Shown here in pieces: positions 40,039-51,500 of a stretch of 64,000 nt of DNA (the first letter of the stretch is position 1; every line of letters starts with the position of its first letter). Under the pieces are notes generated by a model. That model was not told the DNA's origin. It saw only the letters and a program-made list of their open reading frames with translations, and made no database searches. This stretch comes from Pseudomonadota bacterium (lineage in GTDB: Bacteria > Myxococcota > JACRCW01 > JAFGSX01): the NCBI GenBank assembly GCA_043821645.1, contig JBDRCO010000065.1:1-64000 (forward strand). Direction: 5' to 3'. Made by a program: the position numbers and the translations under genes.

Positions 40039-42036
40039 ATGTCGACCGAGGTCGAGCCCCTGCGCCAGACACCAGCGCCCGATGGAGCGCGTCTGGTAGG
40101 CCGTCGCCTCGGTCCCTACGAGGTGCTCGACGAAGTCGGCCGTGGCGGAATGAGCGTGGTCTACCGCGGCCGTGACACACGGCTTGATCGAGAAGTCGCG
40201 ATCAAGGTCCTGCATCCCTTCCTGGCGGACCGCGATGACGCGCGCCGACGCTTCGAGCGCGAGGCGCGGGCAGTGGCCAGCCTGCAGCACCCCAATATTC
40301 TCGAAATCTACGATTTTTCAGATGATGCCGCGGAGCAGAGCTACATCGTCACCGAGCTGGTGCGCGGTGTGACCCTGCGCGTCTTTGTCGAGCAGCAGCC
40401 CCTGGACCCGCCCGAACTGGCCGCGGTCATCGGGATCAAGCTGTGCGCGGCGCTGCAGCGCGCCCACGCCGCGGGTGTGGTGCATCGCGACGTCAAGCCC
40501 GAGAACATCATGATCGGCGAGGCCGGTGCGCTCAAGCTCATGGACTTCGGCATCGCTCACATGCGCGACGCCACCTCTTTGACCGCCACCGGCACCCTGC
40601 TCGGCTCTCCCGCGCACATGGCTCCCGAGGCCATCGAAGGCGGCACCATCGACGAGCGCACGGACCAGTTCAGCGTGGGCACCATCCTGTACTGGATGGC
40701 CAGCGGCAAGTTGCCCTTCACAGGCAAGAACCCGCACGCCCTGCTCAAGCGCATCGTTGACGGCAAGTACACGCCACCACAGCGGGTCAACCCCAAGATC
40801 TCGGACCGCCTGGCCGAGATCATCGGGCGCACCCTGGCCTGCGAGCCCGCCGCGCGCTTTCCTGACGTGGGAGTCCTGCGCGAGGCCCTGCTGGCCGTGC
40901 TGCGGGAAGGCGGAATTGTCGACGTCGACGAGACCCTAGCGCGCTACTGCGCGGATCCTGCACGCGCCGGCGCCGTGCTCACCACCACGGTGGTCTCGGC
41001 CTTCACCCAGCGCGCCCGCGAGGCACAGCGCGAGGGAGAGACCGCCAAGGCCCTGGCAGCCTTCAACCGCGTGCTGGCCCTGGATCCTGGCAACACACGC
41101 GCCCGGGATGAACTGGATGGCTTGATGCGGCGGCTGCAGCGGACGGCCCTGTTGGCGCGGCTGCGCCGGGGTGGGCTGGTGGCCAGCGTCGTCGTGGTCC
41201 TGCTGGCAGTCGCGAGCTGGGGCCTGGTGCAGCTCGGGGGCGCCCAGCCGGCGGCGGATCCGGTCGGGGCTGCCGACCCACAAGCCACGACGAGCCAGCT
41301 CGCGGCCACGACCCTGGCAGGATCGGGAGCGTCGCTGCGGTCCGATCCCACCGCCGGCTCCAGCGAGGATCCGGATCCAGCCCCAGGCCCGGTCGCCCAC
41401 AAACGTCCTCAGGTCACGAGCGCAGGGGGACAGACCACCGTCCCCGTGGCCCCGAACAAGGTGATGACGGCGCGCCAGGCACGCGAGAAAGCCCAGCAGG
41501 AGCCCGGTCCGACCGCCCTGGATCCGACACACGAGCCCGGCGTGGAGCTGCGCGAGGTACCGCTGCACATTCACCCCTGGGCAGACGTGTATGTCGACGA
41601 CGCCGAGAGGCCGGCTGTCAAGGGTGCCAAGCAGGCCACCCTCCAGCTCGCGCCAGGGACGCACCGCCTGCGCTTCGAGAACACCTTCACCGCGCCCGAA
41701 GAATTCGTGGTCGAGGTGGCCCGCAGCGGACCTGTCTCCATCCCCCGGGTCCAGATGCATCGCATGCGTCCAGCCTACCTGGTGGTGGACGCCCCGGCCG
41801 AGGCCGAGGTCAAGGTGGCAGGCAAGTACTGGGGAAAGGTGGCCGCCACCCGCAGCGCGCCCATCATCGTGCCGCTGCCCGACGGCATGCCGCGGGTACA
41901 GCACGTCGTCGAGATCACCCTGGCAGGCCATCAACCCTTCGTGGCGGAGACCGCGTTCACGGCAGGCGAGACGCAGCAACTCCACGCCGTTCTGGTCCCC
42001 CTGGCCGCGGCGCCCGCGCCTGCAAACACCCCATGA
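40039..42036 (+). CDS. Membrane Hanks-type Ser/Thr protein kinase with TPR, TM and C-terminal PEGA-like domains
   Basis: GRGGMSVV, VAIK, HRDVKPEN, DFG, APE; AFNRVLALDP; PWADVYVD. Confidence 0.93.
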   Translation: MSTEVEPLRQTPAPDGARLVGRRLGPYEVLDEVGRGGMSVVYRGRDTRLDREVAIKVLHPFLADRDDARRRFEREARAVASLQHPNILEIYDFSDDAAEQSYIVTELVRGVTLRVFVEQQPLDPPELAAVIGIKLCAALQRAHAAGVVHRDVKPENIMIGEAGALKLMDFGIAHMRDATSLTATGTLLGSPAHMAPEAIEGGTIDERTDQFSVGTILYWMASGKLPFTGKNPHALLKRIVDGKYTPPQRVNPKISDRLAEIIGRTLACEPAARFPDVGVLREALLAVLREGGIVDVDETLARYCADPARAGAVLTTTVVSAFTQRAREAQREGETAKALAAFNRVLALDPGNTRARDELDGLMRRLQRTALLARLRRGGLVASVVVVLLAVASWGLVQLGGAQPAADPVGAADPQATTSQLAATTLAGSGASLRSDPTAGSSEDPDPAPGPVAHKRPQVTSAGGQTTVPVAPNKVMTARQAREKAQQEPGPTALDPTHEPGVELREVPLHIHPWADVYVDDAERPAVKGAKQATLQLAPGTHRLRFENTFTAPEEFVVEVARSGPVSIPRVQMHRMRPAYLVVDAPAEAEVKVAGKYWGKVAATRSAPIIVPLPDGMPRVQHVVEITLAGHQPFVAETAFTAGETQQLHAVLVPLAAAPAPANTP

Positions 42037-42072
42037 CCGCGGCGGCGCCTTGCGCTAACGTAGCGCCCGCTC

Positions 42073-43002
42073 ATGAGGATCCCTGATCGCGTGGGGCGGT
42101 CCGTGATCGCGACGGTACCGACCCTGTTCATCCTGACCGGCGCTGCCGTGCTGGCGACGGGCGTCCGTGCGCAGGTGGCGGACGAGCCCGGGGCAGCCTC
42201 CGTGCCCGCGGCATCTCCTGCCTCCAGCACCGCCACGACCCGGGCGTCCCGCGAGGGCAGCCCCACCGAGGAGCTGGCCCGCGCGCGCAACCTGTTCGCC
42301 TACGGCGACTACACCGCCGCCGCGGACATGCTCGCCGAGCTGGTGCTGCCGGGGCGCCTGACCGCCGAGGAAGATCTGGTCGAGGCCCACCGCATGCTGG
42401 GCATCTCCTATGCGCTCACCGAGCGTCGCGCCGAGGCCAGGCGAGCCTTCATGGCCCTGCTCTACCTGGCTCCAGACACCCGCCTGGATCCCTTCCTGAC
42501 GCCACCGGCCGTGGTCGAGTTCTTCGATGCCGTCGCCGCAGAGATCGGCGACAAGCTCGACGAGGTCCGGGCCAAGCGTGCGCAGGACAGGGCGCGCGAG
42601 GCCACCATCCCCACCGTCACCGTGGTCGAGCGCACCGTGCGCCAGCGCCCCTGGTTCACCGCCCTGGTCCCCCTGGGCTACCCGCAGTTCGAGCGCGGCG
42701 ACTGGGGCTGGGGGCTGTGGTTCCTGGGCGCGCAGGGGCTGGGCCTGCTGGCCGTGGCGACGACCTCGGTGGCCTCGCTGGCGCTGGTCACCAGTGGCGA
42801 GTTGCCCGCCCAGGACAAGCCCGTGTACGACGCCCTGCGGGTGGGGAACTGGCTGTCCGCAGGAGCCTTGCTCGCGGCCTATGCCGGAGGCGTCCTGGAA
42901 TCTGTCCTGTCCTACCAACCCGAGACTCTGGAGCGCGAGCGTGTGCGCGAGGTCCCCCGGGACCGCGTCCCCGCCCTGAGCGTTCCGGCTGCCAAGGAGT
43001 AG
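42073..43002 (+). CDS. Exported TPR protein with C-terminal hydrophobic segments
   Basis: Signal peptide; ARRAF.ALL...PD..LDPF..PP..V.FF; P.G.PQF motif. Confidence 0.75.
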   Translation: MRIPDRVGRSVIATVPTLFILTGAAVLATGVRAQVADEPGAASVPAASPASSTATTRASREGSPTEELARARNLFAYGDYTAAADMLAELVLPGRLTAEEDLVEAHRMLGISYALTERRAEARRAFMALLYLAPDTRLDPFLTPPAVVEFFDAVAAEIGDKLDEVRAKRAQDRAREATIPTVTVVERTVRQRPWFTALVPLGYPQFERGDWGWGLWFLGAQGLGLLAVATTSVASLALVTSGELPAQDKPVYDALRVGNWLSAGALLAAYAGGVLESVLSYQPETLERERVREVPRDRVPALSVPAAKE

Positions 43003-43006
43003 CGAC

Positions 43007-44848
<1,842 letters not shown>

Positions 44849-44877
44849 GCATGCTGCGGGGAGAGGCACGCGCCCCC

Positions 44878-44891
44878 TGACAGGGGTGTCG
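44878..44891. promoter_or_regulatory. Putative upstream activator site TGACA-GGGG-TGTCG
   Basis: Near-perfect copy of the 39855 palindrome, 100 bp upstream of a -24/-12 motif. Confidence 0.45.
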
Positions 44892-44931
44892 CAGATCTCG
44901 CTGCACAGCGCTCCGGGTCATCTGAGTAGAG

Positions 44932-45519
44932 ATGTGTAAGGTTACGATATTTAATAATTTTTTTTATAGCGCTGGGCTGGCATCGCGCTTGCTCATTGCA
45001 GTGCTCGTGATGTGTGCCACGACACAGCAAGCCTGCCTGATCAGCCCGGTGGATCCGCCCATCGCGGAGCCGGACATCAACCATGGTCCGGTGATCGTTG
45101 ATGCGACGGTGCTCCCCCGCCCGCCCCTTGGCGGGGTCATCGCTGTGAGCTGCCAGGACCAGCAAATCGCGATGGACTTCGAGGTTCGTCAGGTCGTCGA
45201 GTACGACACAGATCAGACCCTGTTCTTCAACTGGTTCATCGACTACACGCCGAACAGCTTCGACATCAACAGCCGCCCTTTTTACGAAATCCCTATCGAA
45301 TCCTCTGGCAGCGAGGTCGTGCGGGACGTGAACCAGAAGGTGCGTGTGCCGGTGGCTTGGCTCCCCGCGCAGCCCGTTGGACGACACGTCGTCGAGGTCC
45401 TGGTGGCGGATACGGAGCCTCTGCCGGGGGAACCTGCCCCCTACCGCACCCTGCCCGAAGGAGGTCTGTATGACCTGTGGTACTGGGTGATCGAGATCGT
45501 CGACGACGGGAGTTGCTGA
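44932..45519 (+). CDS. Hypothetical lipoprotein (true start probably 44977-45010)
   Basis: RLLIAVLVMCATTQQAC leader; N..P.I, D.DQTL...WF.DY; TGA/ATG overlap with next gene. Confidence 0.65.
   Translation: MCKVTIFNNFFYSAGLASRLLIAVLVMCATTQQACLISPVDPPIAEPDINHGPVIVDATVLPRPPLGGVIAVSCQDQQIAMDFEVRQVVEYDTDQTLFFNWFIDYTPNSFDINSRPFYEIPIESSGSEVVRDVNQKVRVPVAWLPAQPVGRHVVEVLVADTEPLPGEPAPYRTLPEGGLYDLWYWVIEIVDDGSC
44978..44992 (+). promoter_or_regulatory. sigma54 (-24/-12) promoter
   Basis: TGGC-ATCGCGC-TTGC, correct spacing; preceded by an AT-rich tract (about 44934-44968) consistent with an IHF site. Confidence 0.6.
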
Positions 45520-47159
45520 TGCTGCGCGTTCCTTCCATGGCGCTGCTTGCGTTTGCGCTACCGGCACTTGCCCTGGAGGCCTGCACGGGCTACGCGCCCT
45601 CGGCAGACCTGGGCGCCTACTGCGCCAGTGACGACGAGTGTGGATCTCCCTTCATCTGTGTCTACGGGGCCTGTTACGACCCCGGCACCGCGGCCCTGCA
45701 CAGGGTCTCGCTCGAGGTCGTGCCCAGCGCCAGCAGCGCCCGCCCCACCCAGCAGTTCCCGGACTTCGTGGTCAGTGGGCAGAGCCGCTCCGAGGTGCAC
45801 CTGGCACCCACCATTCACGCCCACCTGCGGGTCGAGGACAGCAGCAGCGGCCCCCTGGCTGCTCTGGTGACGGCGGAGACTGCCGGTGCCATCCCGGGTC
45901 GCCCGCTCCGTGTCGACGAGCGCGCCGCCAGCAACGGGCTCGCGGTGCTGCCCCTGATCTCCGGACTGGCCTACGGCCTGCGCGTGCAGCCCGACGACAC
46001 CACCGCGCCCCCGTTCCGGCCCGGCACCCTGTTCGCCAACAGCGACGTGGATGGCCCGCAGAACACGGTCACGCTGCAGGGCCCCGAGACCAGCACGCTC
46101 TTGCACGTGCGCGGCCGTGTGGTGATCTCGCCGTCGACGCCCATCGGCATCCAGGACCTGCGCGTGCAGCTGCGCGCTCTGGTCGGCACCCCGCCGGAGC
46201 GGCGCACCGTGTCGTCGAGCGCCATCACCCTGGCGACCGAGGACGCCCGGGGACAGTTCGAGCTGCTCCTGCCCTCGGATCTCACCTCGGGATTGCAGCT
46301 TCACATCACGCCCACATCGAGCAATCCGTTCTTCCCGGTGCTCACGCTCGAGGGCCTGGATCTCGACACGGATACCGATCTCGGGGACATTGCCGTGGGC
46401 GACGTGGGTCTGCCCGTCGAGGTCAGCGGCTTGATCCGCGGCCCGTCGGGGCCCGTCGTCGGCGCCTCCGTCAGCTTCGTCGGCGCCGTGGGCAATGGTC
46501 TGTTCTCGACCTCGTCGGTCACGGGCGCGGACGGACGCTACACCGTGAACTTGCTCCCCGGTCTGTACCAGGTGGTCGCGGTGCCGTCCGTGACCTCGAG
46601 CGCTGGCCTGAGCGAGGTGCTGGATCCCGTGCTGGTCGATCGCGTGGCACCGGGGGTCACCCAGATCGATCTGCAGGCCCAGCCCCGGGCTCGCTACAGC
46701 GGGACCGTCCGCGACCGCGATGGCCTGGGTGTGCGCGGCGCCACCCTGCGCGCCTCCAGGCGGGGCAACGCTCCCGAAGCCCAGCCCGGTCCTGCCGACG
46801 ACGTGCGCACCGTGTTCGAGACCCGCACCGACGCCCAGGGCACGTACGAGCTGCGCGTGGACCCGGGACTGTACGAGCTGTCCGTGGTCCCGCCCTCCGA
46901 CGCCCTGCTACCCTGGCGCAGCGACCTCCTGGTGGCGGGTCTGGGCGACGTCGAGCGCGACGTCGAGCTGTACGCCGCGGCCCCCTTCGGCGGACGGATC
47001 ACCGACGAGGAGACCGGAGACGCCCTCGCGGGTGGCCTGGTGCGTGCCTTCCTGGTTCTCGACGACCAACGGGTGGTCCTGGTGGGCGAGGACCTTAGCG
47101 ATCAGAGCGGCGATTTTTCGATCGTGCTGCCCAGCTTCGGCGCCACCACCACGGAATGA
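45519..47159 (+). CDS. Lipoprotein with Cys motif and repeated carboxypeptidase-regulatory-like (beta-sandwich) domains
   Basis: Lipobox LEAC; CASDDEC...C..G.C; repeats V.G.V....G.V.GA.V...TGADG.Y...L.PG.Y. Confidence 0.8.
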   Translation: MLRVPSMALLAFALPALALEACTGYAPSADLGAYCASDDECGSPFICVYGACYDPGTAALHRVSLEVVPSASSARPTQQFPDFVVSGQSRSEVHLAPTIHAHLRVEDSSSGPLAALVTAETAGAIPGRPLRVDERAASNGLAVLPLISGLAYGLRVQPDDTTAPPFRPGTLFANSDVDGPQNTVTLQGPETSTLLHVRGRVVISPSTPIGIQDLRVQLRALVGTPPERRTVSSSAITLATEDARGQFELLLPSDLTSGLQLHITPTSSNPFFPVLTLEGLDLDTDTDLGDIAVGDVGLPVEVSGLIRGPSGPVVGASVSFVGAVGNGLFSTSSVTGADGRYTVNLLPGLYQVVAVPSVTSSAGLSEVLDPVLVDRVAPGVTQIDLQAQPRARYSGTVRDRDGLGVRGATLRASRRGNAPEAQPGPADDVRTVFETRTDAQGTYELRVDPGLYELSVVPPSDALLPWRSDLLVAGLGDVERDVELYAAAPFGGRITDEETGDALAGGLVRAFLVLDDQRVVLVGEDLSDQSGDFSIVLPSFGATTTE

Positions 47160-47229
47160 TCGCGCTCGCGACCCCCGCGACAGCCAACCGGTGAGGGCAG
47201 GGAGCGATCGGCCAGCCCCCCTCGATGTG

Positions 47230-47880
47230 TCAGAATGGACCCATCCCCGCGCGACCCGGTCCCGCCACGTCGAACTGCAACTGGAGGCCGACCATCACAG
47301 AGGCCCCCAGGAGCCAGAAGCTGCGACCTCGCTGTGTCATGGGCGCAAAGGTGTAGCGCGCCTCGACCATGGCCCCGAGCCAGCGCCAGTCGGGCACCAG
47401 CACCGGCGCCACCGCGCCGATCGCGGCGTGCAGGCCGAAGGTGCTCCAGAAACTGTTGCTGGGCTGCTGCGAGCTCAGGATGCTATCGGCGATCATGATG
47501 TTGACCTGATCCACGCCTCCCAGTGCGTAGGGGTGCAGCCACCAGTCCACATCGGGCTTGAAGCCCAGCGAGATGCCGATGTCGACGATGTTGAGTCCGA
47601 TGGTACCCCCGGAGGCCAGCTCGTGCCGCTCCGCAGTCCAGTCGAGATCGATCACCAGGGGCACCACCGCCATCGGATAGTAGTCGAAGCGGAGCCCCAC
47701 GCCGGGCGCACCCACATAGCTGGACACCACGGGATCGCGAGCGTTGGTGCTCTCGTCGAAAAAGGGGTTGGGCACGTAGCGATAGCCAGCGTGCACGCCC
47801 ACACTGCCGTGATCCTCGTGGATTCGGCTATCCACCTGCGCGAGCGCACAGATTGCCAGGACGCTGGCCAGGGCAAACAT
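47230..47880 (-). CDS. Outer-membrane beta-barrel-like protein
   Basis: GGAGG RBS, signal peptide, alternating hydrophobic strands, HPYALGG, VEARY, GLQLQF. Confidence 0.65.
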   Translation of the reverse strand: MFALASVLAICALAQVDSRIHEDHGSVGVHAGYRYVPNPFFDESTNARDPVVSSYVGAPGVGLRFDYYPMAVVPLVIDLDWTAERHELASGGTIGLNIVDIGISLGFKPDVDWWLHPYALGGVDQVNIMIADSILSSQQPSNSFWSTFGLHAAIGAVAPVLVPDWRWLGAMVEARYTFAPMTQRGRSFWLLGASVMVGLQLQFDVAGPGRAGMGPF

Positions 47881-47980
47881 GTCGTCACCTCCGGCGACCT
47901 GTCTACCACGCCCCAGGTTCGGGACGAAGCGGACCTTCCGTGCTCCGTCGAGAAATGCCCCATAAAGCCTCGGCCTCATC

Positions 47981-48009
47981 TTGACAGGTGGGCATGGCCC
48001 GCCTAGATT
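47981..48009 (+). promoter_or_regulatory. sigma70 promoter of the tRNA pair
   Basis: TTGACA, 17 bp, TAGATT, followed by a GC-rich discriminator. Confidence 0.75.
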
Positions 48010-48059
48010 GCGCCTGCTGCGCGGCCGATTCACCGCGTGGTGGCCAGCCGTGAGCACGC

Positions 48060-48135
48060 GGGCGGCTAGCTCAGTTGGTAGAGCAGCAGACTTTTAATCT
48101 GCAGGCCCTGGGTTCGAACCCCAGGCCGCTCACCA
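48060..48135 (+). tRNA. tRNA-Lys(UUU)
   Basis: Acceptor GGGCGGC/GCCGCTC, anticodon arm GCAGA-CTTTTAA-TCTGC, TTCGAA T-loop, encoded CCA. Confidence 0.97.
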
Positions 48136-48156
48136 AGCTGGCCAGGTGAATATCGG

Positions 48157-48231
48157 GTCCCCATCGTCTAGCCCGGCCCAGGACACCGCCCTTTCACGGC
48201 GGCGACGGGGGTTCAAATCCCCCTGGGGACA
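48157..48231 (+). tRNA. tRNA-Glu(UUC), CCA not encoded
   Basis: Acceptor GTCCCCA/TGGGGAC, anticodon arm CCGCC-CTTTCAC-GGCGG, TTCAAAT T-loop. Confidence 0.96.
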
Positions 48232-48563
48232 TTTTCCAGCACGGCGGCACCGGCCGCCTCCCTCGACCACCGCGACACTCGATCCCAGGCTCCTCGCCTC
48301 CTGGCGGTGCGCTCGCCCGGGCTTCGCGTCAACGGCACTGCAAGCGATGGCCCCGTGCCTGCTGCCGTCGGGCGACAGCCGCCCGCAGAAGCCAACCTTT
48401 TTACCGATAGCGGGCCCCAGGGGACAACATGGATGGCTCAGTGTCGTGCAACTTGTATGGCTCCGGCGCTTGGTGCTAAACACGGATGGCCTGACACTCT
48501 TCGGCAGTGCCAGCGGATCTGAGTGTTCTTTTTCCCCTCGGCGATTGCCCGGAGGTGGCTCCC

Positions 48564-51500
48564 ATGAGCGACCCGAAGAACCCGAACGACCACGACGAAG
48601 CCGCAGCGGCGGCCTCTTCGATCGAGGACAAGTGGTTCTCGCAGGAAAACCAGGAGGTGACAGCCGATCCCGCTCCCGGGGCAGCCACTGCGGTGCAGTC
48701 GTCGACGCACAGCGAACCCGCAGCCCCCCGCAGCTTCGGCGTGCGGCCCGAGGAGGGAGCGGGCGGGGACTCCTGGAGCGGGGAATCTTCTGGCTCAGCG
48801 AAGATCATCGTCGATGAGAGCTTGATGGCTGACAGCGACGTCAGCAGCGGTTTCTCCATCGCCCCGCTGCGGTCTGCACCGGCGACGCCACTGGCCCCGG
48901 CCCTGCCTGCTCTCCCGGACGAGCGCCAGCCCCACATCGCTGACGCGGCCACCCAGGCCTCGGCCCAGGAGCGCATCAACGTCTGCGAACGCGAGGCCAA
49001 GGCCTTTGCAGCTGACCGTCGAGCCGCCCCTCTGTGGTACGAGGCCGGCGGTCTGTACGAGGAGATCCTGCGCAATCCGCGGCAGGCAGCGACCTGCTAT
49101 CAGGCGGCCTTCACCTCGGACCCGACCTACACGCCCGTGCTACATGCCGCTCGCCGATTGTTCTCGGAGATCGGCAACTGGCCCATGGTGGCCCACCTCG
49201 TGACCGCCGAGCTGCGGGTGGTCACGGAGGCCACTGCCAAGGCGCCGCTGCTGGTCCTGCGCGGACACGTCCTCGAGACCAAGCTCTCCAAGGACAGCGA
49301 CGCGGAGCAATCCTACCGGGAAGCCCTGGACACCCTCCCCACCTGTGCCGCGGCCTACGATGCCCTGCAACGCCGCATGCTGCAGCAGGGACGTCATGGC
49401 GAGTGGGTCGAGCTGGCCAGAGCCAGCATGGAGCGCCTTCCCGCAGGTCCCCTGGCGGACCGCTGGGCGCTGGACATCGCCCGGGTGTTCGAGTCTCCAC
49501 TCGGCGACACCGCAGCGGCCCTCGCCCTGTACCAGCGGGTCCTCACGGGCAGCCCGGGCCACGAGGAGGCAGCGCGCGCCCGGGTCACCGCCTTGCGACG
49601 GCTGGGCCAGGACCGCGAGCTCACCGAGGCTCTGGTGCACGTGGCCGGACTCAGCCAGGGTGCCGCGCGTGCGGTGCTCCTGGTCGAGGCCGCGCGGCTG
49701 TACCGGGCTCGCCTCGAGGACATGGGCACGGCCCGCAACCTGCTCGAGCGCGCGCGGGACGCTTCCCCCCGGAACCTTCTGGTACTGCGCGAACTGAGTG
49801 ATCTGCTCTCTGCCACCAGCGAGCACCAGGCGCTGGCCGATGTCCTGCTGGAGCTGGCCACGACCCTGACCGATCCCCGGGAGCGCGCCGCACTGTACGC
49901 CGAGCTCGGTCGGATCTTCGAGGAGCGCCTGAGCAACGAAGAAAAGGCCATCGAGCAGTTCCAGCGTGTGGTCGAGCTGGACCCGCATTACCAGCCCGCC
50001 GTGGTGTCTCTGGGTCGCCTCTACTTCAGGCATGGGCGTTACGCGGACCTGGTCGTGCTGTACGACCGTGAGCTGAGCGAGCTGCAGGATCCCCTGCAGC
50101 GCGTGCCCCGCCTGTTCAAGGTTGCCGAGCTGCTGCAATTCCAGATGGGCGACATCGACGGTGCCCTGGCCCGCTACCGGGAGATCCTGGAGATCGAGCC
50201 CTACTACATCCCGGCGCAGAAGGCCGTGACGGTGCTGCTCAACGCAGGTGAGCGCTGGGCGGAGCTGGTCGCCTTGTACGAGAACGAGCTGCAGCATACC
50301 GAGGACAGGGATCAGAAGATTTTCCTGCTCGACCGCATTGGCACCCTGCACGAGGAGAAGCTGGGCGACATCGACAAGGCCATCGATGCTTTCGAGCGCA
50401 TGCTTGTCATCGCACCGGGCTACTTGCCGGCGATCCGGACCCTGGGCAAGCTGTACGCCTCGGCCGAGCTGTATGCGGACCTGATCCGCATCCACGACCA
50501 GGAAGCACAGGCCATCCAGGATCCCAAGCAGGTGGTGGCGCTGCTGTTCAGGACCGGCGAGATCTACGAGAACCACCTGGGTGACGCCGACAAGGCCATC
50601 GAGGTCTACCGCAAGGTGCTCGGGCTCGCGCCCAGCTATCTGCCTGCTCTCAAGGCCCTGGGGCGGCTGTACCACCAGCGCGGTCTGTTCCGCGACCTCA
50701 TCGACATGAACAGGCAGGAGATCGAGGTCACCTCGGATCCGCTGCAGCGCGCCTCGCTGCTCTTCAAGATCGGTGAGATGCACGAGGAGCGCCTCGACGA
50801 GCCGGATCGCGCTGTCGAGGCGTATCGCGAGGTCCTGCGGGAAGTCCCGGGCTTCTACCCGGCCTTGCGCGCCCTGGCGCGCATCATGCTCAGCCGCGGC
50901 GACGCTGCGGGCCTGGCCGAGGTGGCCAAGCTCGAGTGCGAGATCCTTGAGAACCCGCGCGAGCGCGCCGTGGCACGCTGCCGTGCCGCGCTCATCGAGG
51001 AGATCCCGCTTGGCCGGGATCAGGATGCACAGCAGACCTACCAGGCCGCCCTGGTGGACTCGCCGCTGCTCGCCGACGCCATCGAAGCGCTGATTCGCAT
51101 TGCCCAGCGTCAACGCGATCCCGAGGCCGTGCTGGAGGTCCTGCGCACGGCCGCTGACGGCAGCGAGGGAGCACAGCGCCTGGCCCTGCTGCGGCGCCTG
51201 GCCTCAGTCCAGGCTCACGAGACGAGGCGGCCTGCCGAAGCCCTGGCCAGTTTCCGGGGTATCCTGGAAAGCTCCCCCGAGGACGTCGATGCGCTGCAGG
51301 GTGCCCTCCACTGCGCGCTCGAGCTGCGCGACTATCGCGAGGCGATCTCCTGGGCCGAGCGCCTCGCCGGACGGGTTCCCGACCCCGCCAGTGCTGCCGC
51401 ACTGCACCTGCAAGTAGCCCTGTGGCGAAGCTCCCACCTCGATCCACCAGAGGATCCCACCGCGAACTTCCTGCGCGTGCTCGAGTACGAGCCTGGCAAC

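Noticed and set aside
44958-44965. Poly-T tract as a phase-variation site
   Set aside because: Short and better explained as part of the AT-rich bend/IHF region of the sigma54 promoter
48232-48563. Prophage/island attachment at tRNA-Glu
   Set aside because: No integrase and no duplicated tRNA 3' end seen in the window
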